18,229 nucleotides of DNA from Pseudomonadota bacterium (GTDB lineage: Bacteria > Bdellovibrionota_G > JALEGL01 > DATDPG01): positions 1-18,229 of the forward strand of contig JAZDIZ010000123.1 in assembly GCA_043804515.1 (NCBI GenBank), in the 5' to 3' direction. Position numbers and translations under genes: made by a program. Of this stretch, positions 8,550-15,938 are shown in pieces; the stretch's first letter is position 1; every line of letters starts with the position of its first letter. Below the pieces are notes generated by a model that saw only the letters and a list, made by a program, of their open reading frames with translations, was not told where the DNA came from and ran no database searches.

Positions 8550-8801
8550 ATGAAAGAGATTATCCTTCAGTACATCCGAAACGAATACGTGAACGAAGAT
8601 GACGACGTCAATCTGGACGAGAACACTAAGCTGATCTCCGGCGGGATCGTGGACAGCTTCAGCATGGTGAGCCTCAAGCGGTTCATCGAGAAGAAGTATT
8701 CCATCTCGATCCCGGATAACGAGGCCTCGCCTCAGGCGTTCGACACCGTGAACAGCATCATCCAACTGGTCGAGAGGCACACAGCAAAGAAAGGGAAGTA
8801 G
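8550..8801 (+). CDS. Stand-alone acyl/aminoacyl carrier protein, 83 aa
   Basis: Small acidic protein with a GGIVDSF phosphopantetheine site (Ser36, nt 8655-8657) and C-terminal FDTVNSI. AAGGAG RBS upstream. Confidence 0.9.
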   Translation: MKEIILQYIRNEYVNEDDDVNLDENTKLISGGIVDSFSMVSLKRFIEKKYSISIPDNEASPQAFDTVNSIIQLVERHTAKKGK

Positions 8802-8803
8802 CC

Positions 8804-10051
8804 ATGAGTTATCCGAACACGATCCGGGAGACCTGGCGCGCGTCCTTAAATCAGCTCCGGAGCGACGGCCTGTTCAAAGAGGAACGTTACATCCACTCCC
8901 CTCAGTCGTCGGGAATCCTCGTCGAATATCCGGCGGGCGCAAAGCCAAAACGGGTCGTCAACATGTGCTCCAACAATTACCTGGGGCTTTCCAGCCATCC
9001 CGATGTGGTCAAGGCGGCTCACCGCGGTCTGGACGAGCGGGGCTACGGCATGTCCAGTGTCCGCTTCATCTGCGGGACGCAGGACATCCACCGGAAGCTG
9101 GAGGAGAAGCTCACGGAGTTCCTCGGCACCGAGGACACGATCCTCTTTCCGAGCTGCATGGACGCCAACGCGGGCGTTTTCGAGGCGATTCTCGGGCCCG
9201 AGGACGTCATGATTTCCGACCGCCTCGTCCACGCCAGCATCGTGGACGGCATCCGGCTCTGCAAGGCGATGCACGACACGTACAAGCACTCCGACATGGA
9301 TCATCTGGAGCAGAAACTCCAGGAACATTCCGACAAACGGGTCAGAGTCATCATCACGGACGGTGTTTTCTCCATGGACGGCGACCTGGCTCACCTCGAT
9401 AAGGTCGTGGCGTTGGCCGAGAAGTACGGCGCCCTGGTCTTCGTGGACGACAGCCACGCCTCCGGCTTCATCGGAAAGACGGGGAGAGGCACGCACGAGG
9501 AGAAGGGCGTCTTCGGAAAGATCGACATCATCACGACCACGTTGGGCAAGGGCTTGGGCGGCGCCAGCGGCGGATGCGTATCGGGGCGGAAGGAGATCGT
9601 GGAACTTTGCAGGCAGAAGGCGCGCCCCTATCTCTTCTCGAATGCCGTGCCTCCTCCCATCGTCTATGCCGCTCTCGAAGTTCTGAAGATCCTGAGCGCG
9701 ACGACCGAACGTCGGGACAAACTAGAGGTGAACACCAAGTTCTGGAGGGCGGGACTGAAAGAAGCCGGCCTCGTGATCAAGGACGGGAAAAGCCCGATCG
9801 TGCCGGTGATGCTGTTCAATGCGAAGCTGAGTCAGGATTTCTCGCGCGATTTGTTCGCCGAAGGAATCTACGCCGTGGGCTTTTTCTTTCCCGTCGTTCC
9901 TGCGGGGCAGGCGCGAATCCGTACGCAACTTTCGGCGGACCACGATATCCCGATGCTCAAAGACGCCTTGCGGGCGTTCAAAAAGGTGGGCGAAAAGCAC
10001 GGGATCCTGGGCCTGGACAAGAAGGGGATCATTGAGAAGTTCGGCCAGTAA
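8804..10051 (+). CDS. kbl: PLP-dependent alpha-oxoamine synthase, glycine C-acetyltransferase (2-amino-3-ketobutyrate CoA ligase)-like, 415 aa
   Basis: NNYLGL, Kbl-typical SVRFICGTQDIH and SCMDANAG, TDGVFSMDG, DDSH, TLGKGLGGASGG (PLP Lys249), RPYLFSN, ARIRTQLSA. Confidence 0.88.
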   Translation: MSYPNTIRETWRASLNQLRSDGLFKEERYIHSPQSSGILVEYPAGAKPKRVVNMCSNNYLGLSSHPDVVKAAHRGLDERGYGMSSVRFICGTQDIHRKLEEKLTEFLGTEDTILFPSCMDANAGVFEAILGPEDVMISDRLVHASIVDGIRLCKAMHDTYKHSDMDHLEQKLQEHSDKRVRVIITDGVFSMDGDLAHLDKVVALAEKYGALVFVDDSHASGFIGKTGRGTHEEKGVFGKIDIITTTLGKGLGGASGGCVSGRKEIVELCRQKARPYLFSNAVPPPIVYAALEVLKILSATTERRDKLEVNTKFWRAGLKEAGLVIKDGKSPIVPVMLFNAKLSQDFSRDLFAEGIYAVGFFFPVVPAGQARIRTQLSADHDIPMLKDALRAFKKVGEKHGILGLDKKGIIEKFGQ

Positions 10052-10329
10052 GGTACCTGATCCTCCTGATCCTGATTAGTCCCAGATCCAACGTGACGGA
10101 TTTGAAGCCTCTAAGGTGTAGCTGAGGTTTCCGGTACCGGATAAGCACGAGCCGTCATCGAATAATTTAATAATGAATACGGGTGCTTATGTACAAGCGA
10201 TCCCCTCTAGAACGACCTCTCAAGTCAACTATAGCTGATCTGGGGAAGAGCGGGTTTACCTATCTGCGGGGTTCAACATGCAGGAAATATAAGGTGTTGT
10301 AATCATACGTGTTTTTAGTATGCACGAGC

Positions 10330-10345
10330 TGGCATATGGCTTGCT
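10330..10345 (+). promoter_or_regulatory. Sigma54 (-24/-12) type promoter of the GLUG lipoprotein gene, with an IHF-like site upstream (10290-10302)
   Basis: TGGCATATGGCTTGCT has one mismatch to TGGCAC-N5-TTGCT. The minus-strand sequence TTACAACACCTTA resembles the IHF consensus WATCAANNNNTTR (2 mismatches). Confidence 0.65.
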
Positions 10346-10360
10346 CATGGATAAGGCATC

Positions 10361-12013
10361 GTGAAGATGCGCTGGTCCCATAGGACATATGTTCGGGTCG
10401 CCGCCGTTGCTTTTCTTCTCCCTCTTTTCGGATGTTCATCGAGCGGCGGTACGGACGGAATTCCCCTTGGAGAGAAGGCGGATTTGGCCATCTTGGGGAA
10501 AGGCGCTCTCTTGGATGACGGATCTTCAGGACTCAGCTTCGGTTTCGTCACGCCAGCTTGGACGGTCGAATCGACGCTGACGATTGTCAACACGGGTCAG
10601 CTCGAAGCGAGAAACCTTCAAGGCGGCGCGTTCGCCACGCGGGCATTCTCGTATAAGGATGGTGCCTATCCCGGCACCGGCGGCGATTGCCCGAACGGGG
10701 GTGCGTTGGCTCCGGGCGCCTCCTGCCTCCTCGTTCTGACGTTCACACCTCCCGGTGAAGGCCCGTTCAGGGACACGCTGCGAATCTCATACGAAGGCGG
10801 CCGGCAAGCCCCGAGCCTCGTCCAGATCATTTCCGGTACCGGTAAGCCGTGCGACCCGACCCAAGAGGGTTTTGGGGAAGGAGACGGCACGTCCAGCAAG
10901 CCCTTTCAAATCTGCTCTCTGGCGCACCTTCAGGGTGTGAGTGCAAACCCCGCTGGTTATTTCGTACTTCGGACTGCCCTGGACCTTGAGGGCGTCACTT
11001 TTCCGCCTATTGCCTCGGGCACGAACTTCACGGGAAATTTCGACGGAAACGGGCACACGATTTCCAACTTCACGTACAAGAACGGGACCCAGGATTCGGT
11101 CGGGTTCTTCGGAAGTCTCTCCAACGCAACGGTAAAAAACTTAACGCTCGCGAATGTCGATGTGGAAGGTCACAGCAGCGTGGCCGGCCTGGCCGGGCGG
11201 GTCACTGCGGGCACCACCATCTCCAATTGTCACGTCACCGGCGGTTCCGTTTCCGCCGCAGACAGCGCGGGAGGCGTGGTAGGGAGACTCGACGGCAGCT
11301 CCGTAACGGCATCTGATTCGACCGCCGGCGTCTCGGCAACCGGGGGGGGCGTCGCAGGTGGTTTCGTCGGCTGGATGTATGGCGCTTCCGGCTCCATATC
11401 CGATTCGTACGCAACGGGGACTGTGTCCGGAGCCGGCTCCTCCGGAGGTTTTGTAGGTTACATCTACGGAAAGGCGACCCTAACCAACTGTCATGCCACG
11501 GGATCCGTAACCGGAGGCGGATCGGAAGAGGGGGGGTTCGCAGGCAACGTTTATGGTGCGCCCGGAAGCCGCGTTTCCATTTCCAGATCTTACGCGACCG
11601 GTTCCACGTCGGGATGCTCGAACGTGGGTGGGTTCGCCGGACGGGTGTATCAAACCGACATCGACAACTCATACGCCACCGGTTCCGTGAGCGCGAAATG
11701 TTATTGGGAAACCGGTGGGTTTGTCGGCACCGTGGCGGTCAGCACCCTTACGAATTCCTACTCGACCGGCAGTGTTTCCGGGGGTGGGAGTTACGTGGGC
11801 GGGTTTCTCGGACTCCTCGATAACTTCGCAGGTACCAGCACGTTCCAATCCGTATTTTGGGACACGACATCCAGCGGAATGATGACAAGCGCCGGTGATG
11901 CAAACGTCGTGGGGAAAACCACGACTGAGATGAAGGATCAGGCGACGTTCGTCGGCTGGGATTTCGATACGATCTGGACGATGCCCGCCGGACGTTACCC
12001 GGCGCTTCGCTGA
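10361..12013 (+). CDS. Predicted lipoprotein with an N-terminal Ig-like (ASH/choice-of-anchor D-like) domain and a GLUG-repeat beta-helix, about 550 aa
   Basis: Lipobox LFG|C (Cys25). Ig-like segment TLTIVNTG...C...LAPGASC...VLTFTP...GTG. G.GT..KPFQI, FTGNFDGNGHTISN and repeated GG(F/V)(V/A)G...SYATGSVS units. Ends TTEMK...F.GWDF..IW....YP.L. Start (GTG 10361 or ATG 10367) is uncertain. Confidence 0.8.
   Translation: MKMRWSHRTYVRVAAVAFLLPLFGCSSSGGTDGIPLGEKADLAILGKGALLDDGSSGLSFGFVTPAWTVESTLTIVNTGQLEARNLQGGAFATRAFSYKDGAYPGTGGDCPNGGALAPGASCLLVLTFTPPGEGPFRDTLRISYEGGRQAPSLVQIISGTGKPCDPTQEGFGEGDGTSSKPFQICSLAHLQGVSANPAGYFVLRTALDLEGVTFPPIASGTNFTGNFDGNGHTISNFTYKNGTQDSVGFFGSLSNATVKNLTLANVDVEGHSSVAGLAGRVTAGTTISNCHVTGGSVSAADSAGGVVGRLDGSSVTASDSTAGVSATGGGVAGGFVGWMYGASGSISDSYATGTVSGAGSSGGFVGYIYGKATLTNCHATGSVTGGGSEEGGFAGNVYGAPGSRVSISRSYATGSTSGCSNVGGFAGRVYQTDIDNSYATGSVSAKCYWETGGFVGTVAVSTLTNSYSTGSVSGGGSYVGGFLGLLDNFAGTSTFQSVFWDTTSSGMMTSAGDANVVGKTTTEMKDQATFVGWDFDTIWTMPAGRYPALR
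11174..11860 (+). repeat. About 8 degenerate ~29-aa GLUG-type protein repeats
   Basis: Units such as GVAGGFVGWMYGASGSISDSYATGTVSGA, GSSGGFVGYIYGKATLTNCHATGSVTGGG and SNVGGFAGRVYQTDIDNSYATGSVSAKC. Confidence 0.75.
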
Positions 12014-15000
12014 GCTTTCCTCTTGAACCATTCCGTGGCGTCGTCGAAGAGCGAATAGGCCACGGGCGTGATCAGCAGCGTGATCAGAAGGCAGAGCGTC
12101 TGCCCTCCGATAATGACCACCGCCATCGTGGCCCGGTTCGCCGCCCCCGGCCCTCTTCCGAACGCCACCGGGATCATCGCCGCCACGAGAACCATCGTCG
12201 TCATCAGGATCGGGCGCAGCCTGGTCTTGTTGGCCTCCAGAATCGCTTCGTACCTCGGCAACCCGCGCTTGCGCAGCGTGTTCGTATAATCCACCTGCAA
12301 AATCGCGTTCTTTTTGACGATCCCGAAGAGCATGAACGTTCCCATGAGGGAGAAAATCGTGAGCGTCTGTCCCGTGATGAGCAACGACAGGATGGCGAAC
12401 GGGATCGACAGCGGCAGGGACAACATGATCGTGATCGGGTGGAGGAAGCTTTCGAATTGCGCCGCCAGAACCATGTACATGAAGATCAGAGCCAGAAAGA
12501 AAGCCATGAGGAAGCCGCTCAACATCCTCTTGAACTCCTTCACGTGGCCGACCACCTTCGTGCCGTAGTCGGGCGGAAGGTTAAGGTTCTTCACGATCAC
12601 ACTCGTCTTTTCGATCGCCTCTCCAAGCGGAGTTCCCTCCAAGTTGGCCGTGATCATCACCTGCCGCTGGCGGCTGATCCGGTTGATCTGAGAAGGCCCT
12701 TTTTCCTCGACCAGCGTGGCGACGTTGTCGAGCCGCACCAGCCCCACCTTGGAAGACGCGATCAGAAGCGCCGAGATCACCTCCGGTTGGTTCCGGTACG
12801 ACTCATCCGCGCGCAACCGCACCTGATAGAGATCGTCCGCCTCCTTGTATTTCGTGATGTCCTCTTCGCCCCCGACCATCGTCCGCAGGGAGTTCGCGAT
12901 GTCCTCGATCTTCACGCCCAGGTCCTGAGCACGATCCCGGTCGATCCTCACTTTGAGCTCGGGTTTTGCGAAGACGAAGTTGGTGTCCACATCCACGATC
13001 CCGCGCTCCTGGCGGAGTTTTTCCACGACCGTCGAGGAATACTCCCGCAGTTTTTCCAGATCCGGCCCGGCCAGCACATATTGGAAATCGCTCTGCTTGA
13101 AAGCGCCGGAGGAAACCAGGCCCACGTTCGTGACGGCGAGCCGCAAGCCCGTCCCTTCGTATTTCTTGAAAGCCCGGCGCGCCATCTTCATGACGTTGAA
13201 TTGCGTCAGCTTCCGCTCCGAAAGCGGCTTCATCTTCACGTAGATCAATCCGTCGTTCACACCGGACCCCTCTTGTTCGCCGATCGACGTGAGGAGTATT
13301 TCAACGGTCGGCAGGCGCCGGATGTCCTCCTCCAGCTGTTTGAGGATCCGGTCCGTCATCTCCAGGGAGGTCCCCTCAGGCGCCTCCAGCACGACCTGGA
13401 ATTCCCCCGAATCGTCCGGGGGGAGAAAGTCCTTCCCGACGAATTTGAGCAGCGGCGCGATCGAGAGGACGATGACCGCGGCGGTCGCCACAATCAGCCA
13501 ACGGTGCCGCAACGACCAGGAAACCAGGATGCCGTATCGGATTCGGAGATAGGCGTTGAAGGCATCCACCCGATCCAGGAATGGCCTCTTTCGCCCGCGG
13601 TCCACGACCAGAAACCGGGAAGCGAGCATCGGCGTCAGCGTAAACGCTACAAAGAGGCTCACCGCGATTGCGAACGCGACGGTCAGACCATAGCTCTTGA
13701 GGAACCTTCCGACGATGCCCGGCATATAGGCGAGCGGAAGGAAAATGATGATGAGCGAGAGCGTTGTGGCCATGACGGCTCGGCCGATCTCGCCTGTGGC
13801 TTGGTGAGCCGCCTGGCTCCGTTCCTCGCCTTTCTCCTCCATGTGACGAAAGATGTTCTCCAGGACGACGATCGCGTCGTCGATGACGACCCCCACGGCC
13901 AGCGCCAAAGCGAGGAGCGTCATCACGTTAAGCGTGAACCCCGCGACGTCCATGAGGACAAACGTGGCTACGATCGAGGCGGGAATGGCTACGGCGGCGA
14001 TCAACGTGCTGCGCAGACTTCCCATGAAGAGAAGCACCACCAAGCTGGCCAGGATCGCCCCCATGATCAGATGCTCCTGCACCGAGCGCACCGCCCCCAT
14101 GATGAATTCCGACTGGTCCCGGACGATCCTGGCTTCGATCCCGGGTGGCAGCGTGGGACGCAGATCCTTAAGCCTCTCCTTCACGGTCCGGATCACCTCC
14201 ACGGTGTTCATGCCGGACTGCTTCTGAACCACGAGCGAGACGGAGGGGACGCCGTTCAGGCGCGCCAGCGTCCGCGGTTCCTCCTCCGTATCTTCGACGC
14301 GTCCCACATCCCGGATCCGGACGGGTACGCCGCTCACGTTGGCGATCACGACTTTTTCAAATTCATTGGGTGCGGCGATTCTCCCCATCGTGCGGAGGAT
14401 CAGCTCCCTCCTCCCTTGATTCACGCGGCCGCCCGGCACCTCGATGTTCTGTTGCTCGAGAGCCTCCTTCACCTGCTTGATCGACAGGTTGAACGCCGCC
14501 AGCTTGAGCGGGTTCACGACGACGTGAATCTCCCGTTCCCGGGCCCCCACCATCGTGATCTTTCCAACGCCCCGCACGGTCTCGATCGGTTCTTTGAGTT
14601 TTTTCTTCGCGATCTCCGTGATGTCCCGGAGCGGCCGGTTGCCGCTCACGGCAATGGAAAGAACCGGCGCCGAGCTCAGGTCCAGTTTCTGAATCACCGG
14701 CGGATCGGTCCCGAGAGGAAGATCCTTGGTGACCCGACCCACGGCGTCCCGGACCTCCTGGGCTCCCACATCCACGTTCTTTCCGAGTTCGAACGTCACG
14801 ACCACGATGCTCAGGCCCTCGAAACTCGTGGACTGAAGCTCGTCAATCCCCGCGATGGTGTTCACCGTTTCTTCGATCGGTTTCGTGATCGACGTTTCGA
14901 TCTCCTCGGGCCCCGCCCCCCGGAGTGTGGTGGACACCGTAACGATGGGAAAATCGATGTTGGGAAAGAGGTCCACGCCCAGGCGCAGGTACGAGAAGAT

Positions 15001-15075
15001 CCCGAGCACCACGAGGGACGAGATCATCATCGTGGCGAAAACGGGACGCCGGATGCTGACATCCGCCAGCTTCAC
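11995..15075 (-). CDS. RND efflux permease, AcrB/AcrD/AcrF (HAE1) family, 1026 aa
   Basis: SIRRPVFA N-terminus, proton-relay motifs VIDDAIVVLEN, GIVKKNAIL and RLRPILMTT, and LAAQFES. The GTG start overlaps the MFP stop (GTGA). Confidence 0.95.
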   Translation of the reverse strand: MKLADVSIRRPVFATMMISSLVVLGIFSYLRLGVDLFPNIDFPIVTVSTTLRGAGPEEIETSITKPIEETVNTIAGIDELQSTSFEGLSIVVVTFELGKNVDVGAQEVRDAVGRVTKDLPLGTDPPVIQKLDLSSAPVLSIAVSGNRPLRDITEIAKKKLKEPIETVRGVGKITMVGAREREIHVVVNPLKLAAFNLSIKQVKEALEQQNIEVPGGRVNQGRRELILRTMGRIAAPNEFEKVVIANVSGVPVRIRDVGRVEDTEEEPRTLARLNGVPSVSLVVQKQSGMNTVEVIRTVKERLKDLRPTLPPGIEARIVRDQSEFIMGAVRSVQEHLIMGAILASLVVLLFMGSLRSTLIAAVAIPASIVATFVLMDVAGFTLNVMTLLALALAVGVVIDDAIVVLENIFRHMEEKGEERSQAAHQATGEIGRAVMATTLSLIIIFLPLAYMPGIVGRFLKSYGLTVAFAIAVSLFVAFTLTPMLASRFLVVDRGRKRPFLDRVDAFNAYLRIRYGILVSWSLRHRWLIVATAAVIVLSIAPLLKFVGKDFLPPDDSGEFQVVLEAPEGTSLEMTDRILKQLEEDIRRLPTVEILLTSIGEQEGSGVNDGLIYVKMKPLSERKLTQFNVMKMARRAFKKYEGTGLRLAVTNVGLVSSGAFKQSDFQYVLAGPDLEKLREYSSTVVEKLRQERGIVDVDTNFVFAKPELKVRIDRDRAQDLGVKIEDIANSLRTMVGGEEDITKYKEADDLYQVRLRADESYRNQPEVISALLIASSKVGLVRLDNVATLVEEKGPSQINRISRQRQVMITANLEGTPLGEAIEKTSVIVKNLNLPPDYGTKVVGHVKEFKRMLSGFLMAFFLALIFMYMVLAAQFESFLHPITIMLSLPLSIPFAILSLLITGQTLTIFSLMGTFMLFGIVKKNAILQVDYTNTLRKRGLPRYEAILEANKTRLRPILMTTMVLVAAMIPVAFGRGPGAANRATMAVVIIGGQTLCLLITLLITPVAYSLFDDATEWFKRKAQRSAG

Positions 15076-15938
15076 TTCAAGATCTCCACCGGGCTCCCCT
15101 CTTTGAGACCGTACAAGCCGAACGTAACGACTTGGTCCCCTTCCTCCAGCCCCTGGCTCACCTCGGCGTACTTGTCCGTCATGAGCCCCACGCGCACTTT
15201 TCGTTGCCGCGCATTCGTTCCTTCCACGATGAACACGGCATCGTGCGGTTCGTTGAGCGCTTCCAGGGGAACCGAAAGTGCGCCGTTCCTTTTGGCGGTC
15301 ACCACGGCGACCTTGGCGAACATCCCTGACTTTAAAAGGCCGGATGAATTGTCCATGCCCGCTTCCATGTAGGTACTGCGCGTCGCGGCGTTCACGACCG
15401 GGCTCAAACGCGACACACCCCCGTGAAACGTCCGATCCGGATAGGCGTCGACGTGGACCTCGACGATCTGTTTTACGGTGACCCTGCCGGCGTACCGTTC
15501 GGGGATCTCAGCCTGCACAAGAACCCGACTGGCATCGACCACCAACGCGATGGGCGTCGACAGCGTGACGTTCGCGCCCCGGTCGAGATAGACCCGCGCC
15601 ACGAGCCCCGTGAGCGTGGACGGGACCGGCGCCGGTTCGAACTTCACGCCGACTTCATCCCGTTCCACGAAGGCCACCGGAGCGTTCTTCTCGATCCGGT
15701 CCCCCTCGCGGACGACGTTCCGAAGGAGCTTCCCCGGAACGCGGGAGAAGAGCGTGGCTTCATCCCGGGCTTTGATCGTCCCCACAAGCGTGATGCTTTC
15801 CACCAGGTCCCGCTTGGCCGCCTTTTCGACACGGACGGGGAATGTGTCGAGGCGCGTATCCACCGTTTCCTTTCCTCTGCAGCCGAGACAAAGCAGGAGA
15901 GCGAACCCTCCCAAGATCCAAAATCGTTCCGTTCTCAT
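15072..15938 (-). CDS. RND periplasmic adaptor (membrane fusion) lipoprotein, 288 aa, lacking the alpha-helical hairpin
   Basis: Lipobox CLG|C, lipoyl half-motifs, and PDRTFHG.V..LSP.VN..TR, LKSGMFA, GLEEGDQVV. Start ATG 15938 overlaps the TolC stop (ATGA) and has a GGAGG RBS. Confidence 0.9.
   Translation of the reverse strand: MRTERFWILGGFALLLCLGCRGKETVDTRLDTFPVRVEKAAKRDLVESITLVGTIKARDEATLFSRVPGKLLRNVVREGDRIEKNAPVAFVERDEVGVKFEPAPVPSTLTGLVARVYLDRGANVTLSTPIALVVDASRVLVQAEIPERYAGRVTVKQIVEVHVDAYPDRTFHGGVSRLSPVVNAATRSTYMEAGMDNSSGLLKSGMFAKVAVVTAKRNGALSVPLEALNEPHDAVFIVEGTNARQRKVRVGLMTDKYAEVSQGLEEGDQVVTFGLYGLKEGSPVEILK

Noticed and set aside
8804..10051. Serine palmitoyltransferase / sphingolipid operon
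   Set aside because: The ligase+ACP+oxoamine synthase layout is similar, but SVRFICGTQ and SCMDAN are Kbl-type motifs and the ligase has an acetate-sized pocket.
10056..10076. Short CCTGAT repeats after the kbl stop
   Set aside because: Three irregular 6-mers; too short for a CRISPR array or a meaningful tandem repeat.
10086..10092. ATCCAAC as an integron attC R'' site
   Set aside because: No matching GTTRRRY at a suitable distance, and no integrase or cassette array.
10103..10134. Resemblance to the 3' stem of a c-di-GMP-I riboswitch (AAGCCTC..TAAG..GTAGC.GAGGTTTCCG)
   Set aside because: The 5' GGCAAA element and GNRA-capped stem are missing, and it lies upstream of the predicted promoter.
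12439..15372. 977-aa plus-strand ORF
   Set aside because: Antisense shadow of the RND gene with no family motifs; expected from high-GC codon bias.
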